Assembly (NCBI RefSeq): GCF_000025505.1
Contig: NC_013849.1
Span: forward strand, 1,470,001 to 1,502,000
Length of the DNA stretch: 32,000 nt
DNA from: Ferroglobus placidus DSM 10642
GTDB lineage: Archaea; Halobacteriota; Archaeoglobi; Archaeoglobales; Archaeoglobaceae
Reading direction: 5' to 3'
In this document: positions 5,870-15,163 of the stretch, piece after piece
Layout of the letters: each line of letters starts with the position of its first letter
How positions within the stretch are numbered: the stretch's first letter is position 1
Notes under the pieces: generated by a model
Seen by the model: the letters and a program-made list of their open reading frames with translations, nothing else
The model's database searches: none
What the model was told of the DNA's origin: nothing
Position numbers and translations under genes: made by a program

Positions 5870-5907
5870 TCGGAAAAAGTTTTTGAAAAGCTTTTTTCCA
5901 GAAAAAG
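5860..5907. repeat. Cluster of overlapping A5/T5-6 tract palindromes (AACTTTTT-TCTCGG-AAAAAGTT; AAAAGCTTTT; CTTTTT-TCCAG-AAAAAG). Probable oligo-T terminator region for the upstream + strand operon and/or bent DNA.
   Basis: Read directly. Alternating T6/A5/T5/A4/T6/A5 runs form three nested inverted repeats. On the + strand the T6 runs are the first oligo-T signals after the stop at 5757. Confidence 0.4.
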
Positions 5908-6064
5908 TCTATTTTAAGAGCTTTAAATCGCCCTTCTCCTTTCTTTTTTATTCAAGCTAATCTCAAAGTCGAGCTCCTTCATCTTAACCTTTTTATATCG
6001 TTCGATCGTGATAAATATTTTCCGAGCTCCTAATAAATGCGCAATTGTTCTGTTAAATTTAGCA

Positions 6065-6075
6065 AAATTTATTTA
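6065..6075 (+). promoter_or_regulatory. TATA box (AAATTTATTTA) of the fqo operon, implying a leaderless or near-leaderless fqoJ mRNA
   Basis: The TATA-like element is centred ~27 nt upstream of ATG 6097. No Shine-Dalgarno-like sequence lies between them. Confidence 0.45.
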
Positions 6076-6096
6076 CCTTACAAATAACTCGAAACC

Positions 6097-6549
6097 ATGT
6101 CAGATCTTGTGGTCATTCTACTTTCCGCCTTATCAGTTGCCATGGCTTTGGGCGTTGCGAAAAGCAGGGACAACTTCTACTCAGCCTTGTACATGTCGGC
6201 AACACTTCTTGCTGTGGGCGGAACTTACGCTTATCTTGGCGTTCATTCCGTTCTCGCTTTAATAGCTTTCATATTTATCGGAGCTGTCGGCATAATAACG
6301 ATAGCTTTAGCAGCGACTTACAGATTTATCAACCCGGTAAGGCACAGCGGATACTGGGCGCTGTTTTCAGCTTTCGTCGCTGTTTTTCTTGGAACGACTC
6401 TCGCTGTTTTCTCGGTTTCCCTTCCAAAATTTAAAGACGCTTTCAGGGAATTCATGGTCGATTATCAGACTTACGTTTTCCTTCTCGTAGTTATGGTTAC
6501 CCTCCTCTTGTTGTCTGCGGTAAGCATGGTTAGGAGGGATGCGGAATGA
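6097..6549 (+). CDS. fqoJ: F420H2:quinone oxidoreductase subunit J (NuoJ/ND6 homologue)
   Basis: 150-aa polytopic membrane protein, first gene of an operon whose order J-K-M-L-N-A-BC-D-H-I-F matches the Archaeoglobus fqo cluster as I recall it. Overlaps the next gene by 4 nt. Confidence 0.8.
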   Translation: MSDLVVILLSALSVAMALGVAKSRDNFYSALYMSATLLAVGGTYAYLGVHSVLALIAFIFIGAVGIITIALAATYRFINPVRHSGYWALFSAFVAVFLGTTLAVFSVSLPKFKDAFREFMVDYQTYVFLLVVMVTLLLLSAVSMVRRDAE

Positions 6550-6851
6550 TCGCTTCTACTCTTGCAGCTTCAGTTATAGTGCTGATGATCGGCTACTACA
6601 CCTTGATAACTTCGAGGGATCTGATAAGGTTACTAATATCTTTAGAACTGATGTTCGCGGCTGTCTTCCTCTCTCTTTTACCTCTCTTTGCGATAGATGC
6701 TCTCACAGCGGAGGGAATGGTTGTAATGGTCGCTTCCCTTTTCACGAGCAGTAGCGAGCTTCTCGTTTTAATCTCCGCGATCATACTCTTCGATAGAAAA
6801 TTCAGAGGGGTTGCGATGGAAAAAGTATCGAGCGGAGGGGATGAGCTGTGA
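6546..6851 (+). CDS. fqoK: F420H2:quinone oxidoreductase subunit K (NuoK/ND4L homologue)
   Basis: 101 aa with 3 TM segments and the NuoK-like LIRLLISLELMFAAVFL helix containing the conserved membrane Glu. Confidence 0.85.
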   Translation: MIASTLAASVIVLMIGYYTLITSRDLIRLLISLELMFAAVFLSLLPLFAIDALTAEGMVVMVASLFTSSSELLVLISAIILFDRKFRGVAMEKVSSGGDEL

Positions 6852-8281
6852 TCGCATTGCTTTTACCTTTGATAGCGGTAATAGTTGCCCCTTTCTTTAA
6901 GCCGAGGGAAGCTGCAGTATTATCGGCTGTAGCGTTTTTCGCGTCTTTCGTCGCTCTTATTATTGACGCCTTCACCGGAGCTTACTACAGAATTGACATC
7001 GTTCAGGCAGCTGAGCCAGTTGGAAACATCTACATGTTCGGAGATGCGGTAAGCCACGCTTTCGGATTTACGATAGCATTTGTCTCTGCGATGGTCGCTT
7101 TGTACTCCTATCCCTACATGGCTCACAGATTCGAGGAGATGGGGCTTGGAGAGGACGAGTTCAAAAAGTACTGGTTCCTCTACAACCTGTACGCTGCTTC
7201 CATGCTCTGGCTTGTTTATGCAGGCAACCTAATTCTCCTCTACGTTTTCCTCGAAATCTCCCTCGTTACTTCGTTCCTTCTGATATACTTGTACGGCTAC
7301 GGTAATAGACAGTGGGTCGCTTTGCTGTACTTCGTCTGGACCCACATAGCCGGAGCTTTGGCGTTAATAGGATTCCTGCTCATAGGCTTTGAAAACAAGA
7401 CTCTCGCGTTGGACAGCATAAAGACAGTCTCTTTCCTCGCTTGGCTCCTCGTGTTTTTGGGAATGATCGTAAAGTTGCCCGGATTTGGGGCTCACATCTG
7501 GCTTCCGTGGGCTCACGCTGAAGCCCCAACGCCGGTTTCAGCTTTACTGAGTCCCCTCACTGTTGGATTGGCTGCCTACGTCTTGCTCAGAATTTACTTC
7601 ATAGAGCCGTCGTTCATAATCGACCACAGAATCCCGATATTTGCCTACGGCGTCTTAACGAGCGTTTATGCTGGTTTAGCGGTCTTTAAGCAGGACGACT
7701 ACAAAAGGCTTCTCGCCTATTCTACCGTCTCTCAGATGGGTTACATACTCATAGCCTTCACCCTCGGAGCTGCCGGAATACTCGGAGTCGTCATTCAGTA
7801 CATTTCCCACGCTTTCGGAAAGTCCATATTGTTCATGACCGCCGGAGCTATCATAGCGACCTTCCACGGTTTGAGAGATCTTAAGAAGATGAGCGGAATG
7901 CACGAATTCGTTCCGACGATTTCTAATGCGGCTTTATTAGGCTTCATGAATTTGAGCGGAATTCTCACGATAGGTATGATCGGGGAGTTCTACATACTGA
8001 AAGGTTTAACAGATACCTTCGGATTGCCGAGTGCGATAAACAGCATTGCCATGGCGACGATGCTTTCTGTAGTGGTCGTCTTCATAATTTCCGGACTCTA
8101 CAGCTTCTACACGATGAAGAGAATCTACTACGGAACTCCGGCAGACTATTCAAAAGTTTCTGTTCACAGGATGTTAGACTCACATCTCTACATCATAGCA
8201 GCCTTATCAATCCTGTTGCTTCTTCCTCCGTTCGCTACTTGGTTTATAGACACTCTCGTAAAATTCTTGGGGGTGGCGTGA
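6848..8281 (+). CDS. fqoM: F420H2:quinone oxidoreductase subunit M (NuoM/ND4 antiporter-like)
   Basis: 477-aa polytopic protein with GAHIWLPWAHAEAPTPVSALLS, the NuoM/ND4 signature. GTG start overlaps the fqoK stop. Confidence 0.85.
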   Translation: MIALLLPLIAVIVAPFFKPREAAVLSAVAFFASFVALIIDAFTGAYYRIDIVQAAEPVGNIYMFGDAVSHAFGFTIAFVSAMVALYSYPYMAHRFEEMGLGEDEFKKYWFLYNLYAASMLWLVYAGNLILLYVFLEISLVTSFLLIYLYGYGNRQWVALLYFVWTHIAGALALIGFLLIGFENKTLALDSIKTVSFLAWLLVFLGMIVKLPGFGAHIWLPWAHAEAPTPVSALLSPLTVGLAAYVLLRIYFIEPSFIIDHRIPIFAYGVLTSVYAGLAVFKQDDYKRLLAYSTVSQMGYILIAFTLGAAGILGVVIQYISHAFGKSILFMTAGAIIATFHGLRDLKKMSGMHEFVPTISNAALLGFMNLSGILTIGMIGEFYILKGLTDTFGLPSAINSIAMATMLSVVVVFIISGLYSFYTMKRIYYGTPADYSKVSVHRMLDSHLYIIAALSILLLLPPFATWFIDTLVKFLGVA

Positions 8282-8282
8282 A

Positions 8283-10160
8283 ATGTGGCTATGGTTAGTC
8301 CTCTTGCTTTCACCAATAATCGCAAGCGTACCGATAGCGATAGCTTGGGAATTCAACAGAAACCTCGGAAGGAAGTTGCCCGTGATTTCAGTTGCTGGCT
8401 TATTCGTCTCATTCGTAATCACGCTCTACATCTTACTTTTCGTCGAAGAGGGAAGATTTTCTTATCCTTGGCTTCCCGGGATTGAAATAGCATTCATAGT
8501 CGATTACCTCAGCAAGTACATGGGTGTTTTAACGGGCTTCATAGCCTTCGTCATAGGAGTCTATGGACTCGAGTACATGAAAGACGACTACAGGCTCGGA
8601 TGGTACTGGTTCTTCTTCAACCTCTTCACGGCTTCGATGCTAATGGTCGTCTACAGCGACAACTTACTCTCTCTGCTCATAGGATGGGAGGGGCTTGGAA
8701 TAGCTTCTTGGGGATTAATTGGGCACTGGTTTAGAGACGACGACGAGCTGAGCTATGTAGGTGTGATTAACAGAAAGGTTGGATTTTTGAAGATGTTCTG
8801 GAGCCCGAGCACCGGAGGGTGGAGAGCTATATCGACGATAAGAATTGGAGACATGCCTATGTTTTTCGCTGTGGCAGCGATATTCGCTTTCGCCGGAACT
8901 CTCAACATTTCCCAGATAAACTGGGAGCTTTTGATTGAGAGAATTGGCAGCTTTGGTGTTGCCGTCCTTCTCTTAGCATTTTTAATGGGTCCCTTCACGA
9001 AATCGGCACAGCTCCCCTTCAGCGAGTGGTTGATGACAGCTATGACAGGTCCAACGACAGTTTCAGCTTTGCTACACTCTGCTACGATGGTTGCAGCGGG
9101 AACTTACCTCTTCATGAGGATAAGCTGGTACGTAGAACCTTGGAAGATTCACGATGCCGGAATAGAATTCGTTTACCTCCTCGTCCTCTTCTTAGGTTTG
9201 ATTTCCTCCCTCTACGGAGCTCTTGTTGCTTTGGCGAGTAGAGAGAGAAAGGTTTTGCTTGCAGCCTCGACGATGTCGAGCCTCGGACTCATGTTCGCTG
9301 CGGCAGCTGCAAGCAAGTGGATTGGAGAGTTCGCAATAGTCGTGGCTTTCTGGTACTTGATAACCCACGCCTTCGCTAAAGCTACGCTGTTCCTCGTTGC
9401 CGGACACTTGATCCACGAAACCCACGACAGGTTCCTCTGCGGAGACTTAGAAGTAGCGAAGAAGATGAAGCTGACTTTTGTCGTGACGATCATAGCAACC
9501 GTGATGCTCGCTGGAATTCCGCCATTAACGGCTTACTGGGTAAAGTCTGCTATGGACGAAGTCATGCATTCTCTGCATGAAGTGGGAGAAGCTCCGCTCT
9601 TCTTGCTGATAATAATCTCAGCAGTTTACTCAGCATTCTTAGCTAAATTCCTCAGCATGAACTTCGTTAAGGGAAGGCACGTGCATCTCCACTTGCACGG
9701 CGGAGGTTTGATGAAGACCGGCTACACGCTAATGGTTTCTATGCTCTTCTTACTTCTTGCTGTCATACTGCTCGGAATTGATGAGCACGTCGAAGAATTC
9801 GTTAAAGCTGGATTCCACGCAACTTCTTTCATGGTCGGTGTGCTCGTTACAGTAACTTACGCGATCGGTTTCGTCAAGCCGACTCTCGAAACAAAGATTG
9901 GACAAGTTCTCGCGGACAGATTCTATTTAATGGCTCTCAACGACTTCATAGTTCCCAAAATAGGTTGGGCTTTCGTTACGGCTGTGGATTACGGGAACAA
10001 AGCTATCGACTTCTTCGCCCACAGAGCAATTCCGGGATTGTTTGAGGTTGTTAGTAAAGGAATTAGAGCTCTTCAGACTGGTAGGCTTACCCACTACGTT
10101 CAGCTCGCCCTCGGAGCTTTAATGCTGTTGCTGATAGCGGTTTCCGTGGCGGGGTGGTAG
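8283..10160 (+). CDS. fqoL: F420H2:quinone oxidoreductase subunit L (NuoL/ND5 antiporter-like)
   Basis: 625 aa with FSEWLMTAMTGPTTVSALLHSATMVAAGTYL, the NuoL/ND5 signature. A long C-terminal extension is consistent with the lateral helix. Confidence 0.85.
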   Translation: MWLWLVLLLSPIIASVPIAIAWEFNRNLGRKLPVISVAGLFVSFVITLYILLFVEEGRFSYPWLPGIEIAFIVDYLSKYMGVLTGFIAFVIGVYGLEYMKDDYRLGWYWFFFNLFTASMLMVVYSDNLLSLLIGWEGLGIASWGLIGHWFRDDDELSYVGVINRKVGFLKMFWSPSTGGWRAISTIRIGDMPMFFAVAAIFAFAGTLNISQINWELLIERIGSFGVAVLLLAFLMGPFTKSAQLPFSEWLMTAMTGPTTVSALLHSATMVAAGTYLFMRISWYVEPWKIHDAGIEFVYLLVLFLGLISSLYGALVALASRERKVLLAASTMSSLGLMFAAAAASKWIGEFAIVVAFWYLITHAFAKATLFLVAGHLIHETHDRFLCGDLEVAKKMKLTFVVTIIATVMLAGIPPLTAYWVKSAMDEVMHSLHEVGEAPLFLLIIISAVYSAFLAKFLSMNFVKGRHVHLHLHGGGLMKTGYTLMVSMLFLLLAVILLGIDEHVEEFVKAGFHATSFMVGVLVTVTYAIGFVKPTLETKIGQVLADRFYLMALNDFIVPKIGWAFVTAVDYGNKAIDFFAHRAIPGLFEVVSKGIRALQTGRLTHYVQLALGALMLLLIAVSVAGW

Positions 10161-10161
10161 T

Positions 10162-11385
10162 ATGGAGCTCACGATACCTCTAATAATTTTAGCTCTCGGA
10201 GCTGCATTCGGGATAAGAAAGCCGGAGATAAGCTTGGTTACTGCTTTGGTAGCTTTAGCGTTGTCCATAGTCGTTGAAGAGGCGATACTCGTTTCGGCTA
10301 TGATCGCCTTCGTAGCGATATTGAACATAGCGGCGCTCGTGCTGATGAAGAAGAGCTATTTGAGGGGAGTTGACTACGCTTTAGTATCTCTAATGCTTAT
10401 CGCTACGATACTCGCTCTGTATTCAACGAGCTTTGCCATGTTGGTTTTAGCTTTCATCCTCGTAAGCACTCCTACCTATATGCTCGTCATGGCTTCGGAA
10501 AGCGGAGCTAAGGTGGATGTCGGTGTGAAGTACATAACTTTCATGGTCGTAGCTACGATACTCTTCATAATAGGAGCCGCTCTAACGATTTACGGAGGAA
10601 GCGTAAATTCTGAGAGCATTCAAACAATTGGTATTTGCTTGCTAATTCTCGGCATCGCGATGGAGGTCGGAGCGGCACCTCTCCACTACTGGGTTCCCGA
10701 CGTTTTCGACACAGCCGATCCCGTTCCGGCTTCGATTATAGCAAGCCTTGCGAAATTCGTTCCGTTCGTCATAGCTTTCAAGATACTGTTTACTGTGAAC
10801 ACAGAGAGAGCTCTGCTTTTCATAGGAGTTGTAGCTGCGATATCAATGTTTGCCGGAAACATAGGGGCTTTAACTTCTAACAAGCCCGCGAGAATCCTCG
10901 CTTATTCGACAGTTGCTAACATGGGCTACGTAATTGCAGCTCTCACAGTCTTTTACAAGCCGGAATTCGTTTACCTGGCTTTTGCCGGAGTCCTGCTTCA
11001 ACTCTTCGCCAACGCATTCGGAAAAATAGGATTTTTCACGGCTATAAGAGAAGAGGGGACGAACAGCGTGTTCTCTTACTTAATGGCTCTTTCCTTCATC
11101 GGACTTCCACCTCTCCTCGGCTTCTGGGGGAAGTTTTACATTCTCGCTGCTTTAATTTACGCTAACGTCATCTGGCTTGCAGTTCTTTTGGTCATAAATT
11201 CGGCGATGTCGGTGCCTTATTACATAAGGTTAGCAAACACTCTTTCAGGAAAACCGAACAAGGGGTTGGCACTGTGCATAATAGGGATTTCAGCGGTAGT
11301 AATGCTTCTCACAGTCGTTCCGCCTAACTGGCTTATAGACTCTTCGAAAGCTTTAGTTAGCTACTTCAAATTGGGAGGTGTCTGA
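10162..11385 (+). CDS. fqoN: F420H2:quinone oxidoreductase subunit N (NuoN/ND2 antiporter-like)
   Basis: 407-aa polytopic protein with APLHYWVPDVFDTADPVPASIIASLAKF, the NuoN/ND2 signature. Confidence 0.85.
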   Translation: MELTIPLIILALGAAFGIRKPEISLVTALVALALSIVVEEAILVSAMIAFVAILNIAALVLMKKSYLRGVDYALVSLMLIATILALYSTSFAMLVLAFILVSTPTYMLVMASESGAKVDVGVKYITFMVVATILFIIGAALTIYGGSVNSESIQTIGICLLILGIAMEVGAAPLHYWVPDVFDTADPVPASIIASLAKFVPFVIAFKILFTVNTERALLFIGVVAAISMFAGNIGALTSNKPARILAYSTVANMGYVIAALTVFYKPEFVYLAFAGVLLQLFANAFGKIGFFTAIREEGTNSVFSYLMALSFIGLPPLLGFWGKFYILAALIYANVIWLAVLLVINSAMSVPYYIRLANTLSGKPNKGLALCIIGISAVVMLLTVVPPNWLIDSSKALVSYFKLGGV

Positions 11386-11386
11386 A

Positions 11387-11749
11387 ATGGAAGGAGCAAT
11401 TGTCGTAGCATTCGTCATAGTTCTCAGCTTAATTGTCGACGTTTCCATATATTTGCTTTCTAAAATTCTGCCGAAGAAGAAACCCACTCCTCTAAAGTAC
11501 GAGCGCTGGGAGTCCGGAAACATCTCTGTAGGTTTTCCAAAGTACACCTTGCCAATGCAGTATTACGGTTTCCTCATGCTTTTCATGGCTTTTGAACCGG
11601 TTGTCGTTCTCATGCTGCTATTCGCGATGTTCCCTGGAGTAACCTATCTCGAATTCCTGATCTTCGTGCTCGTGGTCATGCTTCCCGCATTTTACTTCGC
11701 TTATAAGATAGCGGACGAGGTTTCTCACAGGAGGGATGTGTATGGATGA
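11387..11749 (+). CDS. fqoA: F420H2:quinone oxidoreductase subunit A (NuoA/ND3 homologue)
   Basis: ~120 aa with 3 TM segments and a YERWESGN loop (compare NuoA YECG). ATG 11387 follows GGAGGTG and the fqoN stop. The track's GTG 11378 is the alternative start. Confidence 0.8.
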   Translation: MEGAIVVAFVIVLSLIVDVSIYLLSKILPKKKPTPLKYERWESGNISVGFPKYTLPMQYYGFLMLFMAFEPVVVLMLLFAMFPGVTYLEFLIFVLVVMLPAFYFAYKIADEVSHRRDVYG

Positions 11750-12812
11750 GATGATCGAGTTCTTACATAAAGGTCCACTCGCACCCCTCAAAAAGTGGGG
11801 TACGAAATTCAGCATATGGCCAACTCACCTCGTTACAGCTTGCTGCGGTGTTGAATTGGCTCACGCGTTTGCAAGCGGTTATGATGGAGAAAGGTTGGGC
11901 GTTCTGAACTTCGGAATGGCGAGACAGACGAACTGCATAGTGGTTGAAGGTGCCATCACGAGAAAGATGGCGAGAGCTTTGAAAATAACTTACGAGCAAA
12001 TGCCGGATCCGAAATTCGTGATCGTGATGGGTGCCTGCGGTATTAAGGGAGGAATATTCTGGAACGGATACAACATGGTGAAGCCGTTCGAGGTTGTTCC
12101 AGTAAAGTATTTCGCACCGGGATGCCCTCCAACTCCTGAATCCTTGCTTAGGTGCTTCAGATCGTTGCAAAAGGAAATCGATACTGGAGAAGCGAAAAAC
12201 TCGATAGTTTATCCGGAAGTTAAGAAGGTTGAGGAAGGTAAGAAGAGAGCCAAAAGAGTCCCTCCGTCGCCGAAGTACGTGGCGAATAATCCGTCTGTTA
12301 TCGTCGACATGCCGAGGGAGGAAAAATGGGCGGAAGGAAAGGAAGTTGTAGCGAAACTTTCTGAAATTCTCGGAGAGCTTTGCGAAAAAATAAAGATAAC
12401 CGGGAAGAACAGAGTTGCTATTAGAATTAAAAAGGACAACTTCGTTGAAGCTGCAAAGAAAATGCTCGAAGCCGGATTTGACCACGTCAAATCAGTTAAT
12501 GTTGTTGACGTTCCTCACGAAAATAAATTTATCGTGGAGTACGTGACTTCGAGCTACCTAAATCCGGAATACAGATCAATTCTCGTCACGTTGATATCGG
12601 AAATAGAGAGAAGCGATCCGGTATTTCCGAGCTTAATCGAAGTCTGGCCATCCGCAGATTACCTCGAAAGGGAACTTCACGAGCTTTTCGGCGTTTGGTT
12701 CGAAGGCAATCCTTGGATGGGTAGGAAGTTCCTCTTAGCTCCCGACACCCCGGAAACTCCGCTCAGAAAGGATTTCAAGCTTCAGGAGGAAGTTTACGCT
12801 GGAGGTGAGTGA
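11736..12812 (+). CDS. fqoBC: F420H2:quinone oxidoreductase fused subunit B-C (NuoB/PSST + NuoC/30 kDa)
   Basis: The N-terminal half has the cluster-N2 cysteines (TACCGVELAHA, MGACGIKGG, APGCPPTPE). The C-terminal half has the NuoC motif WPSADYLERELHELFGVWFEGNP. The two are joined by a Lys/Glu-rich linker in one frame. Confidence 0.85.
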   Translation: MCMDEMIEFLHKGPLAPLKKWGTKFSIWPTHLVTACCGVELAHAFASGYDGERLGVLNFGMARQTNCIVVEGAITRKMARALKITYEQMPDPKFVIVMGACGIKGGIFWNGYNMVKPFEVVPVKYFAPGCPPTPESLLRCFRSLQKEIDTGEAKNSIVYPEVKKVEEGKKRAKRVPPSPKYVANNPSVIVDMPREEKWAEGKEVVAKLSEILGELCEKIKITGKNRVAIRIKKDNFVEAAKKMLEAGFDHVKSVNVVDVPHENKFIVEYVTSSYLNPEYRSILVTLISEIERSDPVFPSLIEVWPSADYLERELHELFGVWFEGNPWMGRKFLLAPDTPETPLRKDFKLQEEVYAGGE

Positions 12813-12813
12813 G

Positions 12814-14049
12814 ATGGAAGAGTACGCTCTCGACCTTGTTGTGGAACCTCCTAAAGAGTATCAATCTTACTTTGTTCCGGTCCCGAAGGAATTACTTGAA
12901 GACGCATACAAAAGCGATGATTTCGTCGTCTTTGTCGGACCGCAACACGGTGGAAGCGGACATATGAGACTTATAGTTAGAGTGAAGGGCGACTTCATCG
13001 TTGAGGTCATTCCCGATCCCGGCTATGTTCACAGATCCATGGAAAAGCTCGCGGAGACAAGGCTTTACATTCAAAACATTCCACTCTTCGAAAGACCTTC
13101 CATAATCGATTTCGGAAACTACAATCTCGGTTACGTGAGGGCGATAGAAGATGCGCTGGAAATTGAAGTTCCCGAGAGAGCGAAGTACATCAGAACTATT
13201 CTCGCTGAGCTCGGGAGAATCGGAACTCATCTCTACGATGCCGGAATTCTTGCCGTTTTCATCGGACACACGACCGGGTTTATGTGGCCTTTTGCGATGA
13301 GAGAATTCATAGTTGAAATTTTCACGAGAATTACCGGAACGAGGATAACCGGCTCTTTCATAGTGCCCGGCGGGGTCAGGAGAGACGTCGACGAGAAAAC
13401 TCTGAACATGATTAAGAGAATGCTGGAAGCTTTAGAATACAGGATAAAGAAGTTTGAAAAGGTGTTCATCAAGAACCCAACGACTATTGCGAGGCTGAGA
13501 GAAGTGGGCGTGCTTAGTAAGGAGGATGCGGTAAAATACGGAGTGGTGGGTCCTTTCCTCAGAGCGTCGGGAGTGGAATACGACGTTAGAAAAGTTGAAC
13601 CGTACGAAGCTTACGATGAGGTGGACTGGGAGATGGTCGTTGGTGATGACGGGGATGGATACACGAGACTCCTCGTGAGAGCGGAGGAAATATATCAGAG
13701 CATGAACATAGTGAGGCAGCTCGTCGACAACATTCCGGAAGGAGACGTTTTGAGCGACGACATTATAGCGTTTAACAAGAAAGACATCAGGGGTAGCTTT
13801 TTCGAAGCTTATTCGAACTTAGTTCTCCCGGAAGGAGAATACACGACAATAACTGAAGCTGCAAGAGGCACTTTGCTTTACACAATCGTGAGCGATGGAG
13901 AGTCAACGACTCCCTACAGAGTAAGATTTGTAACTCCGAGCTGGATGTACCTCAAAGGATTTATGGAAGCTTGCAAGGGACACAGACTTGCTGATCTGCA
14001 AGCCATTTACGGAAGCTTCGGGTATTTCCCTCCGGAAGCGGATAGGTGA
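12814..14049 (+). CDS. fqoD: F420H2:quinone oxidoreductase subunit D (NuoD/49 kDa homologue)
   Basis: GPQHGGSGHMRLIV, HRSMEKLAE and a C-terminal RVRFVTPSW are NuoD-type motifs. ATG 12814 follows GGAGGTGA (alternative GTG 12805). Confidence 0.85.
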   Translation: MEEYALDLVVEPPKEYQSYFVPVPKELLEDAYKSDDFVVFVGPQHGGSGHMRLIVRVKGDFIVEVIPDPGYVHRSMEKLAETRLYIQNIPLFERPSIIDFGNYNLGYVRAIEDALEIEVPERAKYIRTILAELGRIGTHLYDAGILAVFIGHTTGFMWPFAMREFIVEIFTRITGTRITGSFIVPGGVRRDVDEKTLNMIKRMLEALEYRIKKFEKVFIKNPTTIARLREVGVLSKEDAVKYGVVGPFLRASGVEYDVRKVEPYEAYDEVDWEMVVGDDGDGYTRLLVRAEEIYQSMNIVRQLVDNIPEGDVLSDDIIAFNKKDIRGSFFEAYSNLVLPEGEYTTITEAARGTLLYTIVSDGESTTPYRVRFVTPSWMYLKGFMEACKGHRLADLQAIYGSFGYFPPEADR

Positions 14050-14059
14050 GGTGTAGGTT

Positions 14060-15163
14060 ATGATGCCTGAGTTCGTGTCTTCGTTGCTTGAAAGGATTTT
14101 GAACGTCTTTACCTCGGAGATGATAAACATTCCAGCGATACAGCCGATCGTAGATAGGCTGATGGAAATTCCTTTAGTAAATTTAATTGTGGCGTTCCTT
14201 CTCTGGAAGCCGATATTTCACATAGTCTTCTTCCCGGGATTAGTGGGTATAATGCTCGTGCTTTTGTGGATCGTTTACTTCGAAAGAAAGCTCACCGCCA
14301 GAGTGCAGTGGAGAGTCGGTCCGAAAGAGGTTTCGAGAAGAACTGGAGGAATTCTCCAAACTCTTGCCGACGGTATGAGGTACTTCTTCCAGGAGGCAAT
14401 AGTTCACAGAGGCGCCGACAAGTTCTACTTCATGCAGTTCCCGCTCCTTTCTTTCTTGCCAGTTCTTCTTCCCATCCTCTTCATACCAGCCGGAGGGTCT
14501 TACGGCATTGACACGCCTTACGCAATTCCGATAGCGGTAGCTCTTATCTCCCTCATCCCGGTCTTCATAATGGGTATGGGATGGGCGTCCAACAACAAGT
14601 TCGCGTTCATCGGAACAGTGAGGGAAGCTTTCCTTTACGTGGCTTATGAGCTGCCATTTATTTTAGCTGTGGCTTCGATGCTTCTGATTTATCAGACGCC
14701 CAATCCCTTCGAAATCGTAGCGAAGCAAACTATTCCGGGGATTTTTCTGAATCCTATAGCTTTCTTGGTGTTCCTCATAACCACGCTAATAGCTACAGGC
14801 AGACTTCCCTTCGACATAGCGGAAGCTGATCAGGAAATCGCCTTTGGACCCTACGTTGAGTATTCCGGAATACTTTTCGGTCTCGTTATGACCGTGCCTT
14901 ACGAAAAGCTCTACATCCTCTCCATGCTGATGACTCTGCTCTTCTTCGGAGGGTGGAACGGACCTTACATAGCGCCACTCGGAGAGTTCTCCTACGTTCT
15001 CTGGTTCTACATCAAGACGTTCGTTATCGTAAGCGTAATAGCACTCGCAAGATCGATTTACGCAAGGTACAGACTCGATCAAACTTTAAGGCTCGGATGG
15101 AGCATTTTGTTTAGCCTCTCATTGATAAGTCTCTTAATTTCGGCGGGGTGGGCGGCATGGTGA
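14060..15163 (+). CDS. fqoH: F420H2:quinone oxidoreductase subunit H (NuoH/ND1 homologue)
   Basis: Polytopic protein with FERKLTARVQWRVGPKE and RLPFDIAEADQEI, the NuoH/ND1 signatures. Confidence 0.85.
   Translation: MMPEFVSSLLERILNVFTSEMINIPAIQPIVDRLMEIPLVNLIVAFLLWKPIFHIVFFPGLVGIMLVLLWIVYFERKLTARVQWRVGPKEVSRRTGGILQTLADGMRYFFQEAIVHRGADKFYFMQFPLLSFLPVLLPILFIPAGGSYGIDTPYAIPIAVALISLIPVFIMGMGWASNNKFAFIGTVREAFLYVAYELPFILAVASMLLIYQTPNPFEIVAKQTIPGIFLNPIAFLVFLITTLIATGRLPFDIAEADQEIAFGPYVEYSGILFGLVMTVPYEKLYILSMLMTLLFFGGWNGPYIAPLGEFSYVLWFYIKTFVIVSVIALARSIYARYRLDQTLRLGWSILFSLSLISLLISAGWAAW

Noticed and set aside
6008-6262. 84-aa ORF overlapping the fqoJ start in another frame
   Set aside because: It begins in the AT-rich promoter region and covers the predicted TATA box. 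The overlapping fqoJ frame gives a proper polytopic NuoJ-like protein.
11763-12485. 240-aa minus-strand ORF (and 12209-12490) antisense to fqoBC
   Set aside because: Lies entirely opposite a gene with unmistakable NuoB/NuoC motifs. Its translation is low-complexity and Arg/Ser/Phe-rich with no recognisable motif. A typical shadow ORF.
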